From Patescibacteria group bacterium (GTDB lineage Bacteria > Patescibacteriota > WWE3 > UBA101185 > UBA10185), in NCBI GenBank assembly GCA_049322215.1, contig JBMORU010000001.1, positions 836,023 to 900,022 of the forward strand: a stretch of 64,000 nt of DNA, read 5' to 3'. The notes below the pieces were generated by a model. The model worked only from the letters and a program-made list of their open reading frames with translations, was not told the DNA's origin and ran no database searches. How positions within the stretch are numbered: position 1 is the first letter of the stretch; each line of letters opens with the position of its first letter. This document shows, piece after piece, positions 47,683-57,263 of this stretch. Position numbers and translations under genes: made by a program.

Positions 47683-47850
47683 TTTTACATAACCATTTTT
47701 TTACACTCGAAAGCTTTCATCAGTTTGTCTCCTTAAGGTGATTTGTGATATCTAGATATGATCTAAATACATTATAGACCCATAGTAATCATATGTCAAT
47801 CTATAAAGCCTTTACAAAACAAGGCAAAAAGCCTAATAATTAACTAAATA

Positions 47851-48501
47851 ATGACCTCTAATAAATACCTTTTTCTTGTAGATTTTGACAATACGCTCAT
47901 TAATAATGATGAGCTCAAGGAAAAGCTGTTTGATTCCATTAAAACTGTGCTAGGTGAAGAAGAAGCGTTAAAATTTTGGAACCACCACAGTGGCTTTGAA
48001 AATCACCAAATGTATGTAGATTATCCTATAATTGTTAGGGAATATTGTTCGGTGGAGTACCCAGATAGTTATAACTTAAAAGTAACATCCATATTCGACA
48101 ACATGGACATAAGCGCATGCGTAAATAGGAACGCAAAAGAAACACTCAAATATTTAAGTTCTTTGGGAGTTGTTTTAATATTCACAGGTGGTGATGTTGA
48201 ATTCCAAAAGAAAAAAGTAGAAAAAAGTAGTCTTGACAAATTCGTAGATGGAGTAAGAGTATTTCCTTTTAAAATGGAACATTTTGTTAACACAATAAAT
48301 GAGTACCCGAATAAGCAGGTAATTTATATTGATGATAATCCTTATAATTTAGACATGGCTAAAAAGACTATTACTGGAATAACAACTATTTGGGTTATGC
48401 AAGGTCATTATTGTAGAGAAAACCCTAATTATGCTAATTCTGACTTGTGTATTCCAAACATTGGCAAGCTTTTAGAAATTAAATCCTTTGAAATTCGCTA
48501 G
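47851..48501 (+). CDS. HAD-superfamily hydrolase
   Basis: Motif I 'LVDFDNTL'; motif IV 'YIDDNPYN'. Confidence 0.65.
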   Translation: MTSNKYLFLVDFDNTLINNDELKEKLFDSIKTVLGEEEALKFWNHHSGFENHQMYVDYPIIVREYCSVEYPDSYNLKVTSIFDNMDISACVNRNAKETLKYLSSLGVVLIFTGGDVEFQKKKVEKSSLDKFVDGVRVFPFKMEHFVNTINEYPNKQVIYIDDNPYNLDMAKKTITGITTIWVMQGHYCRENPNYANSDLCIPNIGKLLEIKSFEIR

Positions 48502-48517
48502 TAAATAACCCATAGTA

Positions 48518-48546
48518 TTGACTAAGTAATTCTATATTGATAAAAT
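48518..48546 (+). promoter_or_regulatory. sigma-70-like promoter TTGACT-17-TAAAAT (TG-extended) with upstream ATAGTA motif
   Basis: Read directly from sequence; the same ATAGTATTGACT motif recurs at 62503. Confidence 0.45.
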
Positions 48547-48576
48547 ACTACAAATATCACGATAAAGGAGTGAATC

Positions 48577-48693
48577 ATGATCAATATCACATTAGTTCAA
48601 AGTGATACCAAAACCAATGTTGCAGGTAATTTGTTGGACAAAATTTTGGCAACAATACCTAACCCCTACGATCAATTGAGGAAACTGTTGTAA
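48577..48693 (+). CDS. small ORF (38 aa, MINITLVQSDTKTNVAGNLLDKILATIPNPYDQLRKLL)
   Basis: Strong RBS AAAGGAG 7 nt upstream; promoter just upstream. Confidence 0.25.
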   Translation: MINITLVQSDTKTNVAGNLLDKILATIPNPYDQLRKLL

Positions 48694-48740
48694 AGGGGAA
48701 AACAACGTACAAAGTCCGGTACAGTGATTGGGGTAAGTTA

Positions 48741-49061
48741 GTGATGGATGTAGAAGTGTGCTTTTATCCAAAAAATCGTTTGGTAGTAAAAGGTCAGTTT
48801 GCAACATCACATGAGCTTAGCGTGGATGTTTTCACCGAAACCCCTGTTGAATTCAAAAGCTCTCGCTCGTATAAGCGCAAATTTAAAGAAGCCCTCAAAG
48901 CCAAAATCGAGCAAAGCGTTAATTTTGTTTTTGCCGTATTGGAAAAGGCAGTTAACGCCCGCCCTCATGATGAAGACGAAGATGCAGATAGTGTTTTCGA
49001 TGATGATTACGATTACGGCATGGACGAACTTGACGACGACTTCGATGTTTTCGACGACTAA
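48741..49061 (+). CDS. hypothetical protein with poly-acidic C-terminal tail
   Basis: ORF; C-terminus DEDEDADSVFDDDYDYGMDELDDDFDVFDD. Confidence 0.4.
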   Translation: MMDVEVCFYPKNRLVVKGQFATSHELSVDVFTETPVEFKSSRSYKRKFKEALKAKIEQSVNFVFAVLEKAVNARPHDEDEDADSVFDDDYDYGMDELDDDFDVFDD

Positions 49062-49120
49062 AATAACATAAATTTGGGTATAGAGATGTGACGCACTAAC
49101 AAATGCTTATATCTCTATAC

Positions 49121-50005
49121 TCAGCTTCTTAACTGCCGTACTCTACCTAAAAAAGAAATTCCTAAAATAACAATATTTGTAACAATCGCATTGTATTTAC
49201 CTTTATAATGTTTGTCGTAAAAAAGCTTCATAGCATGTGTAGTACTCACTCGCATTTTTTTACGAACCTCAGCAGGAGCCTTAGTTATATCTTTTGTTTC
49301 TCTTCTAACACCAACACTGACACCTTTATAATGTGTAGCCTGCCACTGTGGCAAATACATTATTTTCCAACCTGCTTGTTTTATTCTGTAGCAGTAATCT
49401 ACATCTTCACCGTAAACAAAGTAGTCTTCATCCCATAAACCTATTTTTTCTATTACTGACCGTTTTATAAGCATAAAATGAGAAATACATAAATCAATTT
49501 CATGCGGTTTATTTAAGTCCTCCCACCCAATGAAATACTGGTTAAACAGGCGGGATTTTGGAAAAACCTTATTTAGGCTAGAAAAGTGTGTAATAGCAGC
49601 CCAAGGAGTAGGAAAGCCACGATGTGCATCCATGTCGTAATTGCCATCTCTTGTAACAAGCTTTGGTGTAGCCGCACCTACTTGAGAATATTGCTTAAAA
49701 TATTCCACCATACCACTAATGGTATCTTTTTCAGGAAAAGCATCTGTACCTAAGTACAGTATAAAACGCTTAGTTGCGAGCTTATATCCTTGATTGCTTG
49801 CTTTAGCTAAACCAGCATTTTCTTTATTTTCTATAAGCTTTACCTGAGGAAAATTGCTTCGCACCATTAAAACTGAGTCGTCAGGGGAATTATTATCAAC
49901 AACTATAATTTCAAAGTCAGAGTAAATTGTATATAGGTTGTTTAAACATTCTTTAAGAATTTCGGATGTATTATAATTTACAATAATAATAGAAACATCA
50001 TTCAT
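49121..50005 (-). CDS. family 2 glycosyltransferase
   Basis: SIIIVNYNT, VVDNNSPDDS, YGEDVDYCYR motifs; the start is probably the leaderless ATG at 50005 (the ORF track extends to 50071). Confidence 0.85.
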   Translation of the reverse strand: MNDVSIIIVNYNTSEILKECLNNLYTIYSDFEIIVVDNNSPDDSVLMVRSNFPQVKLIENKENAGLAKASNQGYKLATKRFILYLGTDAFPEKDTISGMVEYFKQYSQVGAATPKLVTRDGNYDMDAHRGFPTPWAAITHFSSLNKVFPKSRLFNQYFIGWEDLNKPHEIDLCISHFMLIKRSVIEKIGLWDEDYFVYGEDVDYCYRIKQAGWKIMYLPQWQATHYKGVSVGVRRETKDITKAPAEVRKKMRVSTTHAMKLFYDKHYKGKYNAIVTNIVILGISFLGRVRQLRS

Positions 50006-50011
50006 GCTTAC

Positions 50012-50017
50012 ATTATA
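50012..50017 (-). promoter_or_regulatory. -10 TATAAT 6 nt upstream of the GT2 ATG (leaderless)
   Basis: Minus strand GGTATAAT-gtaagc-ATG. Confidence 0.35.
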
Positions 50018-50086
50018 CCTTTTTGATGAAAACAAAGTATTAGTGTAAGATAACTCGGTTAAACAACTCAAGTAAAGGAGCGAGAC

Positions 50087-50329
50087 ATGACTTTAACGGC
50101 AAAACTAGTAGTAGGGCAGGAATATACATCTGAAATGAGAAAGTGGCGCAATAAGTTTCCCTATGGATTTGCCAAAAATCCGGTAGACCCGAATGGTCCA
50201 GATGTCATGATTCACCATGAGCAGGTGAAGAACGTACCCGGATATGTGCGAATACCACGAGGTAGAGTACGCTTTACACTTCGACAGCGAAAAGACGGCT
50301 ACTACGGGGAAAACGTGTACAAACTGTGA
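50087..50329 (+). CDS. divergent cold-shock-domain-like protein
   Basis: 'MRKWRNKFPYGFAKNP...DVMIHHEQV...GYVRIPRGRVRFTL...GENV' loosely follows the CSD pattern (KWFN..GFGFI...DVFVH); elevated GC. Confidence 0.45.
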   Translation: MTLTAKLVVGQEYTSEMRKWRNKFPYGFAKNPVDPNGPDVMIHHEQVKNVPGYVRIPRGRVRFTLRQRKDGYYGENVYKL

Positions 50330-50384
50330 TTTACGCAATAGTTTTGGGATGTACGTATAAATTACCCATATTTATACTGCATCC

Positions 50385-51962
50385 CTATTTTATTATTAAA
50401 GACGGATCATCTATTTTATACAACACACTTGGTCTTTGATACACATATAAAATTGGCTTTTCAAAATAGTTTAAAGGAAATTTGATACGAACAGAATCAT
50501 ACAGTATTACGTTTGAATAGGTTTTTCTCATATCTACAGGCTTATCTAGTGAAACAATAAAAGTGGGATCTTTAATGCCAAACTTTGTATCCCAAGCACT
50601 ATTAACTGAAACACTTTGCAAAGGAACACCTTTTTTTGTTACTATTTCGGCAGCCAATGCCCAAGAAGCATTGTTTAACCTCACATAGTCCATAGTAAAC
50701 TGATACCCGATAAATGTTAAAAATACTAAATAAGCTATAGAAATAAACTTAAAACTCCAGTTATAGTCTTTATAGGTTTGAACAAACAGTATTATGAGTG
50801 CAGGTATTAAAGGTAATAAATACCTATCGTATACTTTTGGCAACAATACTAATGTAGAAATATAAACAACTATAAAAATTACAAAAAAGTTAATTATTTC
50901 TTCTTGTTTAAACTTTCTTACTAAGTGAGTAATTAAAACACCCGCCCCTAATAACCCAAAATGTCCCCAAAAGCTAAATAAATACAAAATTAAGGAACTG
51001 CTATACTTTCCACCTTGTATTGAAGTTGGAATAAATCCTGTTGAAGTAAAAACATCGTTAAAGTGAGGAAAGGTACTTGAGTAGCTTGTGGAATATATGA
51101 AAAAGCGATCAAACACAAAATAAACAAGAAATATTACAACTACTGTTTGCAAAAGTCTTTTAATAGATTTCTCCTGAACTATGGCATAAAATTCTCTCAA
51201 AACTAAAGGAAAAAGAAAGGCTCCCAGCAGAATAAAAATGGCTACAATCGTGTTTAGAGTAGCCCCCACATTAGTTAAATTATCTAGTAAAACACTTTTT
51301 CTTGAATACATTTCAATTGTTTGAGGAAACTTCAAGTAATAAACCAAAACTGTAACTATAAATAAAACAGCTTCTACAAGAGCATAATAGTATTTCTTTT
51401 TGAAAATATAGTAAATTGCTAAGGCCAGGGCAGAAACTAAAATAATTTGACGTACAAAAAAACCTATTACCAAAGATATATTTAAAAATATGAAGTCAGA
51501 AATTTGATCGTAAAGCTCAAGTGAGTGAAAAAAGTAAAACATCATTAAAAGCGCAAGCATCATATAAATTTCTGTCATAAAACTAAAAGTTGAATAAACA
51601 TGCAAGGGGTTTAAAAACATTAAAAAAGCAAATATTCCAATTGTTACTACATCAATATAATAGTTATCGAATAAAATGCGAGCAAACACATAAAAGCCAG
51701 TTACTGAAGCTAATAAAGTAAGAACCGGCAAATTAGACAAAGGGGCAACTGTAGCATAAGCAACTCCCAGTAATCCCTGACTATAAAACGTAGAGGGTGA
51801 TAAAACATGTAATCGATAATCACCAAAAATTAAATTTTCAACCATTGTGTAATAAACCCAGTCATCGCTTTGCATAAAGTTTATTGATAAAACCAACGGA
51901 AAAAGCAGTAAAAAAAGCAAAAATGCTAAATATAAAAACCAATCAAACCACCAACTTCGCAT
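50385..51962 (-). CDS. polytopic membrane protein, GT-C-fold glycosyltransferase-like
   Basis: More than 12 TM helices, no soluble domains. Confidence 0.45.
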   Translation of the reverse strand: MRSWWFDWFLYLAFLLFLLLFPLVLSINFMQSDDWVYYTMVENLIFGDYRLHVLSPSTFYSQGLLGVAYATVAPLSNLPVLTLLASVTGFYVFARILFDNYYIDVVTIGIFAFLMFLNPLHVYSTFSFMTEIYMMLALLMMFYFFHSLELYDQISDFIFLNISLVIGFFVRQIILVSALALAIYYIFKKKYYYALVEAVLFIVTVLVYYLKFPQTIEMYSRKSVLLDNLTNVGATLNTIVAIFILLGAFLFPLVLREFYAIVQEKSIKRLLQTVVVIFLVYFVFDRFFIYSTSYSSTFPHFNDVFTSTGFIPTSIQGGKYSSSLILYLFSFWGHFGLLGAGVLITHLVRKFKQEEIINFFVIFIVVYISTLVLLPKVYDRYLLPLIPALIILFVQTYKDYNWSFKFISIAYLVFLTFIGYQFTMDYVRLNNASWALAAEIVTKKGVPLQSVSVNSAWDTKFGIKDPTFIVSLDKPVDMRKTYSNVILYDSVRIKFPLNYFEKPILYVYQRPSVLYKIDDPSLIIK

Positions 51963-52006
51963 ACGAATAATATACAGTAAATAACCCCTTTGCTAAACTT
52001 ACTTCA

Positions 52007-53314
52007 ATGAAGAAACTGGCATTAAGGCAAATAAAAACACCAGCATTAATTTTTTTACTCACGCTAACCGTATATCTTTCAAATATAATTTATGATTTCA
52101 ATAAAAATTTAGAACTAAATGACTTTAGAAGAATGATGGTGTCGGCCGATATAGTTTCAAATACGTTTTTGCCTTGGGTGCTGCTGGATCAACACACAAT
52201 AAAGTTTGATAAAGTCAAAAGCAATTTAATTCAGTTTGATGCAAATAATGATCCACCTTACTTTTTAATAGACACAGGCACTAACTACTATTCTTCATAC
52301 CCAATACTTACAGGAATAATGGCATTGCCTTTTTATGTTTTACCTTACTATTTAGGAAAAATACCTAACATTGATAATAATCTTAATTTACTGAAAATAT
52401 TTTTTATTGGCAGAGTTGCTGCCTCTTTTTACACTACACTTGCGGTACTCATCTATTACTACATATTGAAAGAGATCTCTAAAAACGAACTTTTAATCAT
52501 TACATTCACTTTTTTTTATGCATTTGGAACAATTTCCTGGAGTGTAGCCAGTAGAGGGCTATGGCAGCACACTATTTCGCAAGTGTTTATAGCTGCAGTG
52601 ATATTGCTATTACTAAAAGCTAAACAAAATTCAAAATTAATAGGCCTAATAGGATTTTTTGTAGGTTTAACTGTTTTAGTACGACCTACAAACTTTTTGG
52701 TGGCAATTTTTGTTTCTGTGTATGTGCTTACCAAATATAAAGAACAGCGTTTGCGCTACATTTTCTGGGGAATGCCCGCACTTATATTTTTACTTGGTTA
52801 CAATTACTATGTATTTGGCTCAGTTTTTTCAGAAGGCTATGGGGCGCGTAATGATTTTAATTGGTCAACACCATTGAGTGAAAGCTTAACAGGATTTGCT
52901 ATAAGCCCCGCACGAAGTTTTTTGTTTATTTCGCCGCCTTTAGTTTTAGCATTTATTAGTATTTTCAAAATATTTATTAATAAAAACTTTTTTAAAGAAT
53001 GGAACTTACTTGTAAGATATATAAGTTTAGTTTTTATAAGTTCACTTGTTTTATTTGCAAAATGGTACACCTGGGACGGCGCCAACGCATTTGGACATAG
53101 AATGCTTTTAGACTACTTACCAATTTTAGGGTTACTAGCTTTCATTGCGTTTGAAAAATTAAAAAGTCAAGGAAAGATATTAATTTTACTGCTAATTTTA
53201 TATTCAGTGTTGATTAATGCAAATGCAGTGTTTAATAGAAAAAGCAGATGCGATAGAGAACATAATTGGAGTTTTTACTGTTTATCCCCACCGGATAGAC
53301 CAAGCAATTATTAA
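52007..53314 (+). CDS. polytopic membrane protein, GT-C-fold glycosyltransferase-like
   Basis: More than 10 TM helices. Confidence 0.4.
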   Translation: MKKLALRQIKTPALIFLLTLTVYLSNIIYDFNKNLELNDFRRMMVSADIVSNTFLPWVLLDQHTIKFDKVKSNLIQFDANNDPPYFLIDTGTNYYSSYPILTGIMALPFYVLPYYLGKIPNIDNNLNLLKIFFIGRVAASFYTTLAVLIYYYILKEISKNELLIITFTFFYAFGTISWSVASRGLWQHTISQVFIAAVILLLLKAKQNSKLIGLIGFFVGLTVLVRPTNFLVAIFVSVYVLTKYKEQRLRYIFWGMPALIFLLGYNYYVFGSVFSEGYGARNDFNWSTPLSESLTGFAISPARSFLFISPPLVLAFISIFKIFINKNFFKEWNLLVRYISLVFISSLVLFAKWYTWDGANAFGHRMLLDYLPILGLLAFIAFEKLKSQGKILILLLILYSVLINANAVFNRKSRCDREHNWSFYCLSPPDRPSNY

Positions 53315-53316
53315 TA

Positions 53317-54819
53317 ATGAAATATTTCAAGTTTTACAACATTCTTACAATAATTATATTTTCTATCATTTTGCTAGTAGGTATTGCTACATATAAAAAC
53401 TACGGAGTTTCATGGGACGAACCTATTCAAAGAGAGTATGGGCAAGCGGTTTATAACTATGTTACTGGAGAAAACAAAGCGTTACAAAAAAATAAAGAAA
53501 AGTATTACGGTCCATTGTTTGAAACATCGTTAATATTTGTTGAAAAAACCTTCAACATTGCTGACATACAGGATGTTTATTTTTCAAGGCACTTACTTAA
53601 CTTTTTATTGTTTTATTTGGGCTTAGTTACCTTTTATAGCTTTTTAAAAATAAGATTTAGTAATTATGCCGCTATATTTGGCGTACTAGTTTTAGCAATA
53701 CATCCTAGAATTTGGGCACACTCGTTTTACAACTCAAAAGATATTCCACTACTTGTTTTTTTCATAATTTCTTTTGCAACAATGCAGCAGTTATTAAACA
53801 AAAAAAATAATAGGTGGCTAATACTTCATGGAATTGCTTCCTCTGCAGTAATTTCTATAAGAATAGTAGGTGTAATGATTCCGATAATTACTTTAATAGT
53901 GCTAGCCTTGCAGTATGCCTTAGAAGAAAAAGACACTTCATTAAAAATGATAATCAACAAACTAGGGTTTTATGCTTTTATAACGGCTATAGTAACCGTA
54001 ATATTTTGGCCTACCCTTTGGCATAATCCAATAAAAGAATTTTTAAATGCCTTTGAAGCAATGAAGCAATACGATCAGTCTACACATATGCTTTACTATG
54101 GAGAAAAAATTAGCAGCACAAAAGTACCGTGGCACTACACACTGGGTTGGCTATATGTAACCACACCAATTGTATATTTGCTTTTTGCACTTTTAGGATT
54201 TTGTAAAATTATTTATGAATGGATTATAAATAAAAAAATAAACATAATTGATTTATCTATACTCTTATGGTTTTTTGTGCCTTTGGTAAGTGTAATTTAT
54301 TTTAAGTCTGTTTTATACGATTCCTGGAGGCAAATGTTTTTCATTTACCCTGCTTTTATATACTTTGTAATTAGATTAATTTTTACTAATGGAAAAAAAA
54401 TTAAATACTTTTTAGCAGTAATACTTGTAACCCAAATTATTTATACCGTAATACAAATGTCAAAACTGCATCCTCATGAAAATGTGTACTTTAGTGAAAC
54501 AGTGCATAACAAACAAAACCTTAGTACTAGGTTTGAACTTGACTACTGGGGGCTTTCGTATAAACAAGCCTTTGAATATTTAATAGAGCATGAAAATAAA
54601 GAAATACATATTTATGTAGAAAATAAACCAGGCTTAAATAATGTAGAAATAATGCCTAAAGAATATAGAGATAAAATTAAAATTGAAAAACAATATGAAA
54701 ACGCTGAGTACTACTTAACTAATTATAGAAAAAAAGAAGACATAAGTATGTTAGAAGAAATATACACAATTAGAGTTTATGAAAATAACATAGTTGGAAT
54801 TTACAAAATCGACCAATGA
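53317..54819 (+). CDS. PMT/ArnT-like (GT39/GT83-type) membrane glycosyltransferase
   Basis: First extracytoplasmic loop carries a DE motif (SWDEP), then many TM helices. Confidence 0.5.
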   Translation: MKYFKFYNILTIIIFSIILLVGIATYKNYGVSWDEPIQREYGQAVYNYVTGENKALQKNKEKYYGPLFETSLIFVEKTFNIADIQDVYFSRHLLNFLLFYLGLVTFYSFLKIRFSNYAAIFGVLVLAIHPRIWAHSFYNSKDIPLLVFFIISFATMQQLLNKKNNRWLILHGIASSAVISIRIVGVMIPIITLIVLALQYALEEKDTSLKMIINKLGFYAFITAIVTVIFWPTLWHNPIKEFLNAFEAMKQYDQSTHMLYYGEKISSTKVPWHYTLGWLYVTTPIVYLLFALLGFCKIIYEWIINKKINIIDLSILLWFFVPLVSVIYFKSVLYDSWRQMFFIYPAFIYFVIRLIFTNGKKIKYFLAVILVTQIIYTVIQMSKLHPHENVYFSETVHNKQNLSTRFELDYWGLSYKQAFEYLIEHENKEIHIYVENKPGLNNVEIMPKEYRDKIKIEKQYENAEYYLTNYRKKEDISMLEEIYTIRVYENNIVGIYKIDQ

Positions 54820-54843
54820 TATAATAAAAGCACTATATAAAAT

Positions 54844-55470
54844 TTGGAGATAACTATGCCTTTTGAATTACCTGAACTTCCATATAGTTACGATGCATTA
54901 GAACCAAAAATTGATGCAAAAACTATGGAAATACATTACACAAAACATCATCAAGGGTATGTAAACAATCTTAATGAGGCCCTACAAGGCTATAATGAAT
55001 TACAAGAAAAAACGCTAGACGAATTATTACAAAATTTAGATAGTCTACCAGAAGCAATTAGCACAGCAGTAAGAAATAATGGTGGGGGACACTATAACCA
55101 CAGTTTATTTTGGGAAACAATGACGCCTAGAGAAGGTACAGATATACCCGAAAAATTACAAACTGCCCTTGAAGTCAAATTTGAAAGTATGGATAAATTA
55201 AAAGATTTATTTAAGCTAACAGCGCTAGGACGGTTTGGAAGCGGATGGACATGGCTTACACTATCAAATGGTGAACTAACAGTGTATTCAACACCTAATC
55301 AAGATAATCCTATTATGCAAGGGGACATACCATTACTTGGTTTAGATGTTTGGGAGCACGCCTACTACTTGAACTATCAAAACAAGCGCGGTGACTATAT
55401 TGATGCCTGGTGGTCTCTAGTTGATTGGGAAAAAGTAGAAGAAAAGTATAGTGCTGCCTTAAACAGTTAA
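54844..55470 (+). CDS. sodA: Fe/Mn superoxide dismutase
   Basis: LPYSYDALEP..IHYTKHH; DVWEHAYY signature. Confidence 0.95.
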   Translation: MEITMPFELPELPYSYDALEPKIDAKTMEIHYTKHHQGYVNNLNEALQGYNELQEKTLDELLQNLDSLPEAISTAVRNNGGGHYNHSLFWETMTPREGTDIPEKLQTALEVKFESMDKLKDLFKLTALGRFGSGWTWLTLSNGELTVYSTPNQDNPIMQGDIPLLGLDVWEHAYYLNYQNKRGDYIDAWWSLVDWEKVEEKYSAALNS

Positions 55471-55472
55471 CC

Positions 55473-56024
55473 ATGTACGAAATAACAATTCTTGGAAAAA
55501 CAATAAACGCAGAAATTTTAGCTGATAGTGTAACTGCCTCCTTTGTTATTGTGGCTATAGCTCTTGTAGCTAAACTAGCCTCAAATCAACTAGTAGTATA
55601 CGTACTAAAAACACTGGAAGATAACGACACCAATACAGTAAATAACTTGGAGCAAAGAGCATATACTCTTGCGAGTATAGTAAAGAGCTTTTTTAGTGTA
55701 GCTATTTTTGGTATTGCTTTTGTAATGCTACTGTCGGAGTGGGGAATAAACATTGCACCAATTCTTACAGGGGCCGGAATTGTAGGTTTAGCCGTAGGTT
55801 TCGGGGCACAAACTTTAGTTAAAGACATAGTCACAGGGTTTTTCATTTTGCTTGAAAATCAATTTAATGTGGGCCAAAGAGTATCTATAGCAGGCAAAGA
55901 GGGCATAGTTAAAGAAATGAAATTAAGAGCAACTGTGATTAGGGATGAGGAAAACAAAACTACTTATTTTGTTCCCAACTCTCAAATTTCTACCGTTACA
56001 AGATACGATAAAACAAATGACTAG
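55473..56024 (+). CDS. mscS: small-conductance mechanosensitive channel, short form
   Basis: TM3 'GAGIVGLAVGFGAQTLVKDIVTGFFIL' and beta-domain 'GQRVSIAGKEGIVKEM'. Confidence 0.75.
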   Translation: MYEITILGKTINAEILADSVTASFVIVAIALVAKLASNQLVVYVLKTLEDNDTNTVNNLEQRAYTLASIVKSFFSVAIFGIAFVMLLSEWGINIAPILTGAGIVGLAVGFGAQTLVKDIVTGFFILLENQFNVGQRVSIAGKEGIVKEMKLRATVIRDEENKTTYFVPNSQISTVTRYDKTND

Positions 56025-56057
56025 TAATTTATAAATTTACTCTGGTATAATTTTAGT

Positions 56058-57020
56058 GTGAAAGACCTCGAGTGGATTAAAAATAATAAGCTTACCGCAG
56101 TTTTAATTGTAGTAGTAGCCTACTTCCTTATTGGTGGTAAAACATCAACATTCAAAAACGCACAATATGGAACCGGAATGTATAATTTAGGTTCTAACAA
56201 AGCCGGGATAACAAGCTTTATGGGAGCTGATAGCGCACTCATGGAATATGACATGCCTGCAACGCAAGAATCACGATCTGTACCAGGAATGCTACCTCCT
56301 ATAATTCCTGAACCAACACCTACTCCAGATGTTTCAGATAGAAAAGTAGTTAGAAACGCATCAGTTTCATTACTTGTTAAAGATGTAAATGAAAGCAAAG
56401 ATCAAATTGTGGCAGAGTCTGAAAAAATTGGTGGATACATGGTGTCTACTCAAGTGCATACCCCTTTTGAGGGAGGTAACGGATTTATACAAGTAAGAAT
56501 TCCTGCCGAGTCATTAGATTCCTTTTTAGAAAAACTAAGTTCATATTCTATTAGAGTGGTATCAGAAAACATAATAGGTAGTGACGTTACAGATCAATAC
56601 GTAGATACAGAAGAAAGATTAAGAATTTTAGAAAGAAATAAAACCAGATATGAAGAAATAATGGAAGCTGCAGAAGACGTAGATGAAATTTTGAGAGTGC
56701 AAAATCAAATTTTCGGCCTACAATCACAAATTGATTCACTAAATGGACAGCTTAAAAAGCTAGACGCTACATCACAAACATCACTAGTTTCAATTGATTT
56801 ATCTACAGACGAACTAGCACTATCTTATTTACCAGGATCTCCATGGAACCCAGAGGTAACAGCAAAACTTGCTGTTAGATCATTGGTTTCTACTATGCGT
56901 GGACTAGGGGATACCTTAATTTGGGCAGGCATCTACTCAATACTATGGGTTCCTGCTATAATAATATTCATAATAGTCAGAAAACGTTGGACAAATAAGA
57001 AATCATCCAAAAGCAAGTAA
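56058..57020 (+). CDS. DUF4349-like membrane protein
   Basis: N- and C-terminal TM helices, central coiled-coil. Confidence 0.45.
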   Translation: MKDLEWIKNNKLTAVLIVVVAYFLIGGKTSTFKNAQYGTGMYNLGSNKAGITSFMGADSALMEYDMPATQESRSVPGMLPPIIPEPTPTPDVSDRKVVRNASVSLLVKDVNESKDQIVAESEKIGGYMVSTQVHTPFEGGNGFIQVRIPAESLDSFLEKLSSYSIRVVSENIIGSDVTDQYVDTEERLRILERNKTRYEEIMEAAEDVDEILRVQNQIFGLQSQIDSLNGQLKKLDATSQTSLVSIDLSTDELALSYLPGSPWNPEVTAKLAVRSLVSTMRGLGDTLIWAGIYSILWVPAIIIFIIVRKRWTNKKSSKSK

Positions 57021-57039
57021 AAAATATAAGGAGAGCAAA

Positions 57040-57234
57040 ATGGCTAACAAACAAACTACGATTGTAGGAAAAGTTAACAGACCCATTGTTGATTTACGAG
57101 TGTCTAAGAAAACAGCTGTACCCGCACAACGAATTGCAAATAGCAAACTACGCAAAGGAACAGTTGAAGACGACTACGGCCAAGATTGTTGTGCCCGATC
57201 GCGGCAAGGGTACCCCTGTACCTGCAACAAATGA
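57040..57234 (+). CDS. small Cys-rich protein (64 aa)
   Basis: AAGGAG RBS; C-terminal DCCARSRQGYPCTCNK. Confidence 0.35.
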   Translation: MANKQTTIVGKVNRPIVDLRVSKKTAVPAQRIANSKLRKGTVEDDYGQDCCARSRQGYPCTCNK

Positions 57235-57263
57235 AGGTCACAATAGAGGAACTTACTGCAACT

